64,000 bases of DNA, taken from contig JBMFSQ010000009.1 in NCBI GenBank assembly GCA_049967475.1, positions 67,038 to 131,037 on the forward strand, in the 5' to 3' direction. The DNA is from Chthonomonadales bacterium. Its GTDB lineage: Bacteria > Armatimonadota > Chthonomonadetes > Chthonomonadales > CAJBBX01. The notes under the pieces are model-generated. The model had not been told where the DNA came from. It saw only the letters and a list, made by a program, of their open reading frames with translations, and did not search any database. The stretch's first letter is position 1. Every line of letters starts with the position of its first letter. Position numbers and translations under genes: made by a program. Shown here one piece after another: positions 40,675 to 50,226 of this stretch.

Positions 40675-42645
40675 TTGGCGACATCATTGAACTCAACGCG
40701 TAAGGCTTTTTACATTACAACCCCCATTTACTACGTCAACGGGCGGCCTCACATCGGCTCAGCCCTGACGACGGTCTGCTGCGATGTCCTTGCGCGGTGG
40801 CACCGCCTTCGCGGCCTCCCGGCTTGGTTTCTTACGGGGACGGACGAGCAGGCCACCAAAGTCCATGAGGCCGCCCTTGCTGCAGGCCTCCCGCCGCAAC
40901 AATTCGTGGACGGTTTGGCCCAGGAATTCGTGGCTGCATGGCGCTCCCTCCACATCTCCAATGACGATTTCATCCGCACCACAGAAGCGCGCCACGTGGA
41001 GGCGGTGCAAGAATTTTTCCGCAGGTTGCGCGCAACCGGCGACGCATACAAAGGCATGTACGAAGGCTGGTATTGCGTGTCGGACGAAACCTTCTTCCGC
41101 GAAAGCGATGTTGGGCCCGACCATCTTTGCCCCAATCCGGAATGCCGCAAGCCCCTCCTGCGCGAACAAACGGAAAGCTACTTCTTCAGGCTCTCTCGGT
41201 ACGCGGAACCGCTTCTCGCCCATATCGAGGCCAATCCTGGATTCCTGCAACCGGAATTTCGGCGGAACGAGGTTATCTCGTTCATCCGGCAGGGGCTGCG
41301 GGATATGTCCATCACACGCACCAACCGCGGATGGGGCATCCCTGTTCCCGACGAACCGGACAAGGTCATCTACGTTTGGTTTGACGCCCTCATCAACTAC
41401 CTCGCCGCCACCGGATGGCCGTCGGACCAGCAGCGATACCGTGAGCTCTGGCCCGCCGATGTACACCTTATGGCCAAGGAGATCTTTGTGCGCTTCCATG
41501 CCACGCTGTGGCCTGCCATGTTGCTGGCGATCGGCGTACCGCTGCCCCGAACGGTTTACGCCCACGGCTGGTGGGTAGACGCAGAGGGGAGGAAGGAAGG
41601 GAAGCGCACAGGGGGCCTTCCGCATCCTACTGAGTTCTCAGCAATCATCGCAGGCAAATCCGGCGCCGACCCCGATATAGCCTCAGACGCTCTGCGCTAC
41701 CTGCTCCTGCGGGAGATGGTCTTCCACGGAGACAGCGAATTCTCGGAAGCGAGCTTCCTCAAGCGGTACAACACGGACCTTGCCAATGACCTGGGCAATC
41801 TCTGCAATCGCACGGTTACTATGGTGCACCGGTACCTGCAGGGCCGAGCCCCTTCGGGAGGCCCTCTAAGCGCCGAAATCGAGCAGGTTGCACGCGAAGC
41901 AGCCCGCGGTTACAACGCAGCGCTCGAGGAATTCCGCTTCAACACGGCGCTCGAGGCCGTGTGGAGATTGGTGACGCGCACGAACCAGTGGATCGAGGAG
42001 AAGGCTCCCTGGAGGTTGGCCAAACAGCACGACACTCCGGAGCTGAATTCTGTGCTGGGCACGTGCCTTGCGGCCATCCGTACCGCTGCCCTCCTGCTCC
42101 TTCCTGTGATGCCCGTGGCTGCCGAGAGGATCCTCGAGCAGATCGGCGCCCCTCCCGGCATCCCCCAATCGGAGTCGATAGACGCAACGCTGTGGGCGCC
42201 GCTGCCGGAGGGCGCCCCGATCCCAAGCCCAATCCCTATCTTCCCCCGCATCCAGGAGTTGTCCATGGCAAACGAACGCACAGCCGAGCCTTCGGTTGCA
42301 GAGGAGAAACGGCCTGCCGGAGACGTCATTACCATTGAAGACTTCGCCAAAGTGGACCTGCGCGTGGCGGACGTAATCGCTGCCGAGCCCGTGCCCGGAG
42401 CTACCAAGCTACTCAAGCTTGTTGTGGATCTCGGCGGGGAGCGCCGCACCATCCTGGCGGGCATCGCCGAAATGTACCGCCCGGAAGAACTTGCCGGTAA
42501 GCAAATCGTCCTTTTGGCCAACCTTGCACCTCGCAAGATACGGGGTGTGGAGTCGCAAGGCATGTTCTTGGCTGCGGATGTGGACGGCCAAGCAATCCTT
42601 CTTCAGCCGGAAACTCGCGTGCCTGCCGGATCCAAAATCCGGTAG
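40675..42645 (+). CDS. metG: Methionyl-tRNA synthetase with C-terminal tRNA-binding domain
   Basis: ITTPIYYVN, HIGS, TGTDE, YVWFDAL, LANDLGNL, C-terminal Trbp111-like domain (ESQGM). Confidence 0.95.
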   Translation: MATSLNSTRKAFYITTPIYYVNGRPHIGSALTTVCCDVLARWHRLRGLPAWFLTGTDEQATKVHEAALAAGLPPQQFVDGLAQEFVAAWRSLHISNDDFIRTTEARHVEAVQEFFRRLRATGDAYKGMYEGWYCVSDETFFRESDVGPDHLCPNPECRKPLLREQTESYFFRLSRYAEPLLAHIEANPGFLQPEFRRNEVISFIRQGLRDMSITRTNRGWGIPVPDEPDKVIYVWFDALINYLAATGWPSDQQRYRELWPADVHLMAKEIFVRFHATLWPAMLLAIGVPLPRTVYAHGWWVDAEGRKEGKRTGGLPHPTEFSAIIAGKSGADPDIASDALRYLLLREMVFHGDSEFSEASFLKRYNTDLANDLGNLCNRTVTMVHRYLQGRAPSGGPLSAEIEQVAREAARGYNAALEEFRFNTALEAVWRLVTRTNQWIEEKAPWRLAKQHDTPELNSVLGTCLAAIRTAALLLLPVMPVAAERILEQIGAPPGIPQSESIDATLWAPLPEGAPIPSPIPIFPRIQELSMANERTAEPSVAEEKRPAGDVITIEDFAKVDLRVADVIAAEPVPGATKLLKLVVDLGGERRTILAGIAEMYRPEELAGKQIVLLANLAPRKIRGVESQGMFLAADVDGQAILLQPETRVPAGSKIR

Positions 42646-42753
42646 GTGTTACAGGCGGCACAGGAGGCAGGCGCATACGGCGATGGAGCCAGCCAGGATC
42701 GCCCGCGGCTATGCGCGTGTGCTCGAGACCGCTCGGGTCTCGGAGGAGGCACA

Positions 42754-43980
42754 ATGGGCGCTCCACTAACGGATCGCACGAGCCGGGCCCTAAGCCCTAC
42801 GGTCCGCGCATTGGGGTTCGTCAGTCTCTTTGCGGATATCTGCAGCGAGATGACCTACCCTATCAACCCTCTGTTCATCACCCAAGTGCTTGGGGCTCCT
42901 GCTTGGGCACTGGGTCTCATCGAGGGAGTGGCCGAGAGCACCGCCAGTCTCCTCAAACTCTATTCCGGCTGGCTCTCGGACCGCGTGGGACGCCGCAAAC
43001 CTTTTGCCGTTGCGGGCTATTTCATGGGCGCCATCGGTAAGCCGATGGTGGGTTTGGCGTGGTCGTGGTGGCATGTGCTCATCGCACGCTTCGTGGACCG
43101 AACGGGCAAGGGCCTGCGCACAGCACCGCGCGATGCCCTCGTAGCCGAGAACTGCGATGCGGATCAGCGGGGCCGTGCCTTTGGGTTCCATCGCAGCATG
43201 GACACCGTCGGCGCCGTGCTGGGGCCCTTCCTGGGCTTCGCCCTGATACGGTTTTGGCTGGGCGAGGCGAACATCGGCCACACCTACCGAATGCTGTATG
43301 CGATAGCCTTCCTCCCGGGCATCATCAGCGTCGGGATCCTTTGGGTATTCGTGCGGGAACGGAAGCGGGTCCAGTCGAGACACAGCGCCGAGCGGCCTGC
43401 GCTCCCCACTTGGCGCACGCTGTCGCCAGCCTTCAAAGCCTATCTCGTCATCGTAGCCCTCTTCAGCCTGGGCAATTCGTCCGATGCCTTCCTTCTGCTG
43501 CGAGCTCAAAAGGACATGGGCGCCGATCCCATGACGTTGCTGCTCCTATACTCCTCCTTCAATGTTGTGGAAGCAGCCCTCGGATACCCGGCAGGAAAGC
43601 TTTCGGACCACGTGGGACGCCGGATCCTGATTGTGATCGGGTATGCCGTATTCGCTGTTGTGTACTTCGGGTTTGCTGCATACCAAAACGTGGCCGCCGT
43701 TTGGTTCTTCTTCATCCTCTACGGCCTCTATTACACACTCACCCAAGGCGTCCAGCGCGCCTTGGCGGCGGATCTAGCTCATCCGGACCGCCGCGCAACG
43801 GAAATCGGCGCCTTTCACATGGTGGTGGGCCTCGCTGCGCTTCCGGCCAGCTTCATGGCAGGCCAGCTCTACGACCATGTGAGCCACGGCGCCCCGTTCC
43901 TGTTGGGCGCGTCTTGTGCAGGCGCCGCGGCATTCCTCCTGGCCTTGGTGCCGCTGGAGCGGCTCCGGGGAAGTGTTTGA
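42754..43980 (+). CDS. MFS transporter
   Basis: About 12 hydrophobic segments; GWLSDRVGRRK, DRTGKGLRTAPRDAL. Confidence 0.92.
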   Translation: MGAPLTDRTSRALSPTVRALGFVSLFADICSEMTYPINPLFITQVLGAPAWALGLIEGVAESTASLLKLYSGWLSDRVGRRKPFAVAGYFMGAIGKPMVGLAWSWWHVLIARFVDRTGKGLRTAPRDALVAENCDADQRGRAFGFHRSMDTVGAVLGPFLGFALIRFWLGEANIGHTYRMLYAIAFLPGIISVGILWVFVRERKRVQSRHSAERPALPTWRTLSPAFKAYLVIVALFSLGNSSDAFLLLRAQKDMGADPMTLLLLYSSFNVVEAALGYPAGKLSDHVGRRILIVIGYAVFAVVYFGFAAYQNVAAVWFFFILYGLYYTLTQGVQRALAADLAHPDRRATEIGAFHMVVGLAALPASFMAGQLYDHVSHGAPFLLGASCAGAAAFLLALVPLERLRGSV

Positions 43981-44032
43981 AGCGTCCGTTGCCGGGCTCA
44001 GCCCGTCGGCCGCTATCCCGGCTCCGGCAAAC

Positions 44033-44061
44033 TTGACAGCCGGCCGGATACACGGTAGACT
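44033..44061 (+). promoter_or_regulatory. Sigma70-type promoter
   Basis: TTGACA-17 nt-TAGACT. Confidence 0.7.
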
Positions 44062-44092
44062 ACCCGCGGATCTACCTGGAGGCGCAACCCTG

Positions 44093-44689
44093 ATGACGCC
44101 ACGCCGGGGCAAGACGAGCCGCCCATTGCAAGCCGCATCCCGAAGCTCCGTGCGAAGGAGTACGGGATCAGCATCCCGCACCGCTGGAGAAGCAGGCCGC
44201 CGGCCGCGGCCCAACCAGGCGGGAGCGCTCAAAACTCTGCTGATCGGCCTGCTGCTGGCCATCGGATCGTTCCTTTTCGGGATGCTGGTGATATCGCCGC
44301 TCATTGATGCCTTGCACCGAAATCCGGCGCCCGAAGTGGCAACAGCTCCCTCCGCAACGCCGAGTGCGCCGGCGCCCCCGGCAACTACTTCGCGGCCTGC
44401 CCCGCCGCCCGCCAGACCCGAGCTGCAAGTGACGCCGGAACCGGGGCCCGCAGCAACGGTACAGCAGCCCGAAACGCCGGACGGGATGCCGGCGGCGGGA
44501 GAAGCAACTGCGCCTTCGGGCATGTCTGCGCCACCGGAGGGGTCCCCAACCACCCCCGCCGGCCAACCCGCCCCAAACACCGAGCAGCCCAGCCGACGGC
44601 GTCGCCACCGCCCCTCAGAAGCACCGCCTACTCCAAATCCCGGATCCGGCCCCAGCGGCGGTGTGCAGCAGGGCGAACCTATCAATTAG
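44093..44689 (+). CDS. Bitopic membrane protein with Pro/Ala/Thr-rich disordered tail
   Basis: GGAGG RBS, basic N-terminus, one TM helix, low-complexity tail. Confidence 0.7.
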   Translation: MTPRRGKTSRPLQAASRSSVRRSTGSASRTAGEAGRRPRPNQAGALKTLLIGLLLAIGSFLFGMLVISPLIDALHRNPAPEVATAPSATPSAPAPPATTSRPAPPPARPELQVTPEPGPAATVQQPETPDGMPAAGEATAPSGMSAPPEGSPTTPAGQPAPNTEQPSRRRRHRPSEAPPTPNPGSGPSGGVQQGEPIN

Positions 44690-44780
44690 ATATGGGCGGC
44701 GGTGTCGGTCTCTAGGTCTTGACCGCCGGAATGGCCTCGGCGGCGGGGACACGGTGCGATCGGGCGCGGAGAAAGCGACC

Positions 44781-45551
44781 CTACGCACGCCGCCAGAATG
44801 CCTCACAACGCCGCAGGAATGGGCATTCGCTGCAGGCGGAGATGCGCAGCGGAACAGGCGCGCCCTCACCCTCGTAATCCCGAAAGGCTATCTCTTCTCC
44901 CAGCTCGGTGATCCGACACGAGAACTCTTCCGCCTCATGAGGCGCCATTTCGGCGCTGGCATGGACGCCACTCCGCAAGCAATAGATGGTCGCGAACACC
45001 CTCGCGCCCGGATAGAGGCGTCGGAGGATGAGCTGGTAGATGCCCATGGCTAGGTCCGAAGCCACATCCTCCGGGGCCACCGTGAGCCTGCCGCTCTTGT
45101 AATCAACAATCTCAAGCGATCCGTCCGCATGCCGATCCACCCGATCCACGCGCCCCATGAGAAGAAAACGGCCCATGTCTGTCCGGAGCACCTTCTCCAG
45201 AAGGAGGGTCTGCACGCCGGCTTCTGCGCGGGCTTGCCCCACCGAATGATACGCTGCGATCATCTCCTGTGCTGCCTGCCGAAAGGCTTCTTCCTCTTGC
45301 CGATCTGCAAAGCCCGCGGGCACCCAGCTCTGGTGCAAGCGCTCCATCAACTCCTCTTGTGAGAGCGCTGTTCCCTCTGCATGAAACGCCTGGAGTGCCC
45401 GATGGACGGCCGTTCCCAGCGAGAATTGGGGGCGCGCGTGCAGATAGAAGCGCCCGATGCGGTCCACGTAGATGTACCGGTATTTCATTGGGCATTCCAG
45501 ATACGTCAGGAAGCGTGTAGGGCTGAGGACCGGCTTCTTGGGAACCGCCAT
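44781..45551 (-). CDS. PD-(D/E)XK nuclease, RecB/AddB/Cas4-like with Fe-S staple cysteines
   Basis: LSPT...YLECP, GTAVHRAL, GRVDRVD, IVDYKSG, C-terminal CSECPFLRRC. Confidence 0.9.
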   Translation of the reverse strand: MAVPKKPVLSPTRFLTYLECPMKYRYIYVDRIGRFYLHARPQFSLGTAVHRALQAFHAEGTALSQEELMERLHQSWVPAGFADRQEEEAFRQAAQEMIAAYHSVGQARAEAGVQTLLLEKVLRTDMGRFLLMGRVDRVDRHADGSLEIVDYKSGRLTVAPEDVASDLAMGIYQLILRRLYPGARVFATIYCLRSGVHASAEMAPHEAEEFSCRITELGEEIAFRDYEGEGAPVPLRISACSECPFLRRCEAFWRRA

Positions 45552-45721
45552 CTTTTTACCTTCCCCTGCCGCGCCTGCCCCGCAGAATGCATCCGAGTGG
45601 CGAACCCGGTAATCTTCGCGACGGTTCTTGGGCTGCGCGACCGCATGTTGATTATGTCATGCATTCCTGCAGCTAAGCAGGATGCGGCATCATGCGGACG
45701 GCCTGCCGCCCACGGCGCCTG

Positions 45722-45750
45722 TTGACGTGGGGACATAAACGTGGTATCGT
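45722..45750 (+). promoter_or_regulatory. Promoter of the riboswitch-DUF1559 transcript
   Basis: TTGACG-17 nt-TATCGT with TG extension. Confidence 0.65.
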
Positions 45751-45759
45751 ATACGCGAA

Positions 45760-45920
45760 CAATCTGGTGTGCCTGCTGCAGGAGCCGCGGCCGGCAACGC
45801 GGCCTCGACGGGGGAAGTCCGGTGGAAGTCCGGCGCAGTCCCGCTGCGGTAAGGTAGGCGTGCTCGCAGTGCCTTTGGGGTAGTGCGGCCGCCCATCCAA
45901 GCCCGAATGCCCGCCTGCAG
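45760..45920 (+). ncRNA. Cobalamin (B12) riboswitch
   Basis: GGTG...GGGAAGTCCGGTGGAAGTCCGGCGCAGTCCCGCTGCGGTAAG...AAGCCCGAATGCCCGCC matches the B12-element core and B12 box. Confidence 0.88.
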
Positions 45921-46023
45921 CACATCACAACAAACCCTTCGCGAGTAAAGGGTGTGATGGATTCGGACGGCCGTCGGTGCATCCTGCAGCTTCCAGGGGC
46001 GCTTCGACGGAATACGGAAGAAG

Positions 46024-46070
46024 GCCATCCCGCGCGGAGAGGGATCTGCGATGGGGTGGCTCTTTTGTTT
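46024..46070 (+). terminator. Intrinsic terminator (riboswitch expression platform)
   Basis: GCCATCCC...GGGGTGGC hairpin followed by TCTTTTGTTT, upstream of the RBS. Confidence 0.7.
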
Positions 46071-46126
46071 CGCGCCTTCCGTCCGCGCCTCCGCCCCTCG
46101 TGAAGCCATCACGAGAGGAGAGCCAA

Positions 46127-46903
46127 ATGATGCATCAGACACAACCTTTCGCGGGGCGGCATTCGTCCCGCGCACTGCAGGCGTTCACCCTCATCGAGCT
46201 TCTTGTAGTGATCGCCATTATCGCGATCCTGGCAGCGATTTTGTTCCCCGTCTTCGCCCAGGCTCGCGAGAAGGCCCGGCAAGCAAGCTGCGCATCCAAT
46301 CTGCGCCAGCTTGGGCTGGCCACGAACATGTACGTGCAAGATTATGATGAAGTCTTCCCGCTCTACCAGTACAACGACTGCCAGGGTTGGGTTTGTTACC
46401 AGTACTGGTTCGGCAAGCGCACTGCCACAGGGTGGGATAAGACACAAGGTCTCTTGTACCCGTACATGAAGAACCACCAGCTCCAGCGGTGCCCAAGCTT
46501 TACCGGCAAACCTCGCTTTGGGGACGGAAACGGGTACGGCTACAATTGGGGGTATATAGGCTCCGACTACTACATCTCCTATAGTTGGCCTCCGCTCAAC
46601 CCTGCGTCCATGGCTTCCTTAAGCGCCCCGGCATCCAAAATCCTTTTCAGCGATGCGGGCTTCTACAATGCGCCGTGGTACGGCGGCGACGGATCCATGG
46701 TAGAAACGCCGGGTATTGATCCACCCAGCGCATGGTGGGGCACCCCGACCATGGACTTTCGCCACGTGGATGCCGGCAAAATCATAGACACCAACGCCCA
46801 CACCGTACTGTGCAAAGGACTGGCCAACATCGTGTGGGCGGATGGCCACGTGAAGGCCCTCGGCCAAACCTCGGTGACCGATGCCATGTTTACCCGGGAC
46901 TGA
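46127..46903 (+). CDS. Prepilin-type N-methylation / DUF1559 / H-X9-DG protein #1
   Basis: [43 protein letters not shown]...[10 protein letters not shown]. Confidence 0.92.
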   Translation: MMHQTQPFAGRHSSRALQAFTLIELLVVIAIIAILAAILFPVFAQAREKARQASCASNLRQLGLATNMYVQDYDEVFPLYQYNDCQGWVCYQYWFGKRTATGWDKTQGLLYPYMKNHQLQRCPSFTGKPRFGDGNGYGYNWGYIGSDYYISYSWPPLNPASMASLSAPASKILFSDAGFYNAPWYGGDGSMVETPGIDPPSAWWGTPTMDFRHVDAGKIIDTNAHTVLCKGLANIVWADGHVKALGQTSVTDAMFTRD

Positions 46904-47558
46904 CGCTGCCAAGCGCCTGGAGGCTCTCTTCCGAGAAGCCGCCGATTGCGCGGCCTGCCCGCACCTCGAAGGCGCCCGGGCTGTTCTGTCTGTTCTAAAC
47001 GGGAGCCTCAGCCCGAAGGTTCTCTTCGTCGCCGAGGCTCCCGGGAAGCGCGGGGCGGATCGCACGCGCATCCCCATGTGGGGCGACGCTTCCGGCGCGG
47101 CATTTCGCCGCCTGTTACAGCAGACTGGCCTTCTTCCTGGAGACGTCTTCATCACCAATGCAGTCTTGTGCAACCCACGGAACGCGCGGGGATGTAATCG
47201 CCCGCCCACCTTGGAAGAGATTCGCAACTGCAATCCATTTCTGAAACGAACGGTAGATCTGCTGGACCCGCCCATTGTTGCAACGGTGGGCGCGGTAGCG
47301 CTCCGGGCTGCTGCGCTCATTGAGCCCCATGGGCTTACCTTGCACGAAGCTGCCGGCACAGTGGTTCCGTGGTACGGCCGCCTGCTGGTAGCCTTGTACC
47401 ACCCCAGTCCACGCGTCCTCAACACGCACCGCACATGGGACGAACAACGGAAGGATTGGGAGGCCCTACGTTATGCACTGGAGGGAGGCGAAGCGTTATC
47501 CTTCGCATCCTCGCCATCCAAGGGAGGGAGCTCAGAAAGATCCTTCAATCCGAAGTAG
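46881..47558 (+). CDS. Uracil-DNA glycosylase, family 4-like (Fe-S)
   Basis: [27 protein letters not shown]; start uncertain. Confidence 0.88.
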   Translation: MPCLPGTDAAKRLEALFREAADCAACPHLEGARAVLSVLNGSLSPKVLFVAEAPGKRGADRTRIPMWGDASGAAFRRLLQQTGLLPGDVFITNAVLCNPRNARGCNRPPTLEEIRNCNPFLKRTVDLLDPPIVATVGAVALRAAALIEPHGLTLHEAAGTVVPWYGRLLVALYHPSPRVLNTHRTWDEQRKDWEALRYALEGGEALSFASSPSKGGSSERSFNPK

Positions 47559-48007
47559 TGGAGGAAGTTCTGCGTTGTAACGTAGAGGATCGGACGTCCG
47601 ACCGTGAGCCGTCGTCCGGCCTCGGCGATGAGATCTCGCTCGAGGAGCGTCTTGATGACGCTTCCGCTGGCAACTCCTCGCACTGCCTCGATTTCAGGCT
47701 GAGTGATGGGCTGGCGATAGGCGATGATGGCCATCGTTTCCAGGGCCGCCCGGGAGAGCTTCGGCGGCGACTGTGCCATGAGCCGCGCTACAAACTCGTG
47801 GTATTCGGCCCGGGTGGCGAGTTGAAAGCCGCCGGCGATCTCCATTAACTGGAGGCCGCTGCCGCTCATCTCCAGGCGTCGAGCGAGATCGGCCAGGGCT
47901 GCGCTCACGAGAGCCTCCTCGCAACCGAGCGCGCGGGAAAGGTCCGCCGTGGAAAGCGGTTCCGGCGAAGCAAACAGGAGGCATTCCACTGCGGCCGAGA
48001 GGCTCAC
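47471..48007 (-). CDS. scpB: SMC-associated segregation/condensation protein B
   Basis: AAVECLLFAS, LSRAALETMAIIAYRQP, IEAVRGV, GRPILY. Confidence 0.95.
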   Translation of the reverse strand: MSLSAAVECLLFASPEPLSTADLSRALGCEEALVSAALADLARRLEMSGSGLQLMEIAGGFQLATRAEYHEFVARLMAQSPPKLSRAALETMAIIAYRQPITQPEIEAVRGVASGSVIKTLLERDLIAEAGRRLTVGRPILYVTTQNFLHYFGLKDLSELPPLDGEDAKDNASPPSSA

Positions 48008-48750
48008 GCTTTCTCCTCTACCGATACGAGGACAATGGGATCTTGAGGATGCGCCTGAATGGCGCGCAGCCGGGCCTGGCGCACGAGCTCCAGCATCGCG
48101 AGGAACGCCATCACCAGATCGAGCCGGTCCCATGGCCTATCCGCCAATGCGTGGAACGGCAGCTCTCCTCCGCTTGCCCGCACGCGCTGGAGGATCTCCG
48201 CCATTTTTAAGCGAAGGTTGATTTTGCGCCTCGGAGCTACAGCGGTCACTGGCTGCGCCGCCACGCCGGCCCGGGCGAGTATCCGCTGAAGGGCCGCGGC
48301 CAGCACCGTCGCATTCGCACCCTGCGCCGGGGGGAGTGCGTATCCCTCCGGGTCCTCCATGGCGCCCCGGAAGAAGATCCGGCTCCTCCACTGCTCCCAT
48401 TCCCGCAGCGCATCCACCGCCTGCTGGAGGCGCTCGTACACCACCAGACGCTGCACCAATTCTGCTCGCGGATCCTCATCAGCGGCGTCCGCGGGAACGC
48501 CCGGCGGTTGCGGCAAGAGCATCCGCGACTTGATTTCCAAAAGTGTGGCAGCCATCACAAGATACTCGCCGGCAACGGCAAGGTCCAAAGATTGCCACGC
48601 ATCCAGATATTCCAGATACTGGCGGGTAATCTCCGCGATGGGAATGTCGGTGATGTCTATCTGGTTCTTGCGGATCAGATGAAGCAACAGGTCCAGGGGC
48701 CCATCGAAGGCCGGCAGGTGGAAGCAAAGGGGATGAACCGGAAGAGCCAT
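48004..48750 (-). CDS. scpA: Kleisin segregation/condensation protein A
   Basis: FDGPLDLLLHLI, EYLVMAATLLEIKSRMLLP, FLAMLEL. Confidence 0.95.
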   Translation of the reverse strand: MALPVHPLCFHLPAFDGPLDLLLHLIRKNQIDITDIPIAEITRQYLEYLDAWQSLDLAVAGEYLVMAATLLEIKSRMLLPQPPGVPADAADEDPRAELVQRLVVYERLQQAVDALREWEQWRSRIFFRGAMEDPEGYALPPAQGANATVLAAALQRILARAGVAAQPVTAVAPRRKINLRLKMAEILQRVRASGGELPFHALADRPWDRLDLVMAFLAMLELVRQARLRAIQAHPQDPIVLVSVEEKA

Positions 48751-48759
48751 GGCGAGCGT

Positions 48760-48789
48760 ATTCTACATTCCCGGAAGCTGCGGTGTCAA
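48760..48789 (-). promoter_or_regulatory. scpAB promoter
   Basis: TTGACA-18 nt-TAGAAT, only 9 nt before the ATG. Confidence 0.65.
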
Positions 48790-48868
48790 CGAGGGCAAAG
48801 AAAAAGAGGAACCCGCAGTAGCGGCGATGTATCTAGGTTCATCTCATCCCGATTCTGTGCAATCGGTT

Positions 48869-48915
48869 GGTTAGGCGCTTAAGCCCTTGACAAGCATCCC
48901 TGCCCGTCGTATACT
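48869..48915 (+). promoter_or_regulatory. Promoter plus palindromic upstream element of DUF1559 gene #2
   Basis: TTAGGCGCTTAA then TTGACA-17 nt-TATACT. Confidence 0.8.
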
Positions 48916-49008
48916 ACCGTTGGAATGCTGGGCGCAGCATCCTTCCCCCACGCAAAACATCATTCTCAAGCTGCAGAGGGAGGTCGGGCCTCCCAAGGAG
49001 GAAATCCC

Positions 49009-49815
49009 ATGACGTCGGAAAGGCGACGAGCGTTTACGCTCATCGAGCTGCTCGTGGTGATCGCGATCATCGCGATCCTGGCTGCCATCCTCTTCCCGGT
49101 CTTTGCCCAGGCACGGGAAAAGGCCCGCAGCATCTCGTGTCTCAGCAATCTCAAACAGATGGGCACAGCCTTCATGCTTTATGTGCAGGACTACGACGAA
49201 ACCTTTCCGCAGAGCATCTACTTTGCGGCTGAGGCGAACGGCAATCCCTGCACCTGGACCTGGTTCCACAGTGTCCTCCCCTACACGAAGAACCAGCAGA
49301 TGAATCTGTGTCCCTCCGACGGCCACAAGCTGGATTGGAAGTTGGGTTTCAGCATCATCGGATTGCCGCCCGCGTGCACGGCCTCCCCGCCGCTGGACAA
49401 AGTGAGCTATCAGGCCAACTACGCGTTGATTGACGACGGAGCGCCGAACCCGCTCTTCGGTCCAGGCGACACGCGCACCGTCAAGCGCATGGCGGAAATT
49501 GACTACCCTGCGGAAACCAGCGCCGTTGCAGACGCTGTGGTGACCTTGCCCGGAGGCGTATGCGGTCTCTTCAGTTCGCCCATCCAGGCGCGCCACAACG
49601 TAACGGTGAACTCCAACTGGGCCGATGGCCATGCCAAAGTTGTCCACGCCAAACCCGCAACCGACGCCAACGGCGTGCAGTACGGTTGCAATCAGCTTGA
49701 TGGCCAGTCCATTCCCCTCTGGATTGTTACGGATGCGGGTCCGTACCAAGGCAGTTTCGAACTGTGGGGTATCCCCTACAAGAAGGCTGATGGAAGCTGG
49801 GGTCTGAGGAATTGA
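49009..49815 (+). CDS. Prepilin-type / DUF1559 / H-X9-DG protein #2
   Basis: [18 protein letters not shown]..., [23 protein letters not shown]. Confidence 0.93.
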   Translation: MTSERRRAFTLIELLVVIAIIAILAAILFPVFAQAREKARSISCLSNLKQMGTAFMLYVQDYDETFPQSIYFAAEANGNPCTWTWFHSVLPYTKNQQMNLCPSDGHKLDWKLGFSIIGLPPACTASPPLDKVSYQANYALIDDGAPNPLFGPGDTRTVKRMAEIDYPAETSAVADAVVTLPGGVCGLFSSPIQARHNVTVNSNWADGHAKVVHAKPATDANGVQYGCNQLDGQSIPLWIVTDAGPYQGSFELWGIPYKKADGSWGLRN

Positions 49816-50051
49816 GCACGAGCAGGCAAAGGAAGCAGCCGCCACCCCAAGGGCTCAACGTGCCGCCCTGGGCGGCCATTGGGCTCGTGGTATTGGCGTG
49901 CATCATTGCAGTGGTGGTTTGGCGGCTGAGCACGCCCAAGGTAAACCTCCCTCCTCCGGTGAAAGTACATCCTGGGATGTACGATTTCCGCTCCGAGGCG
50001 ATGAAGGGGAACCTTGGCCGGCCGATACAGGCCACCCCGACACCGCCCTAG
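49812..50051 (+). CDS. Small single-pass membrane protein coupled to DUF1559 #2
   Basis: TTGA start/stop overlap; one TM helix ([21 protein letters not shown]), Pro-rich tail. Confidence 0.7.
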   Translation: MSTSRQRKQPPPQGLNVPPWAAIGLVVLACIIAVVVWRLSTPKVNLPPPVKVHPGMYDFRSEAMKGNLGRPIQATPTPP

Positions 50052-50148
50052 GGCAAGGCATGCACCGAGTGGCGGCAAACAAGGATCCCCGTGCGCACCC
50101 GCGGGGATGGACACGGGGCATGTGCCGGCCTTGAACCAACGGACACAC

Positions 50149-50194
50149 CGGCCCGAAAGGGGCTCAGGCGTATTGAAACGCCCCTTTCGGGCCG
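50149..50194. repeat. 15-bp perfect inverted repeat
   Basis: CGGCCCGAAAGGGGC-16 nt-GCCCCTTTCGGGCCG. Confidence 0.85.
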
Positions 50195-50226
50195 TATTAT
50201 GAACAAAACCACTATCTTCTTGGAGG

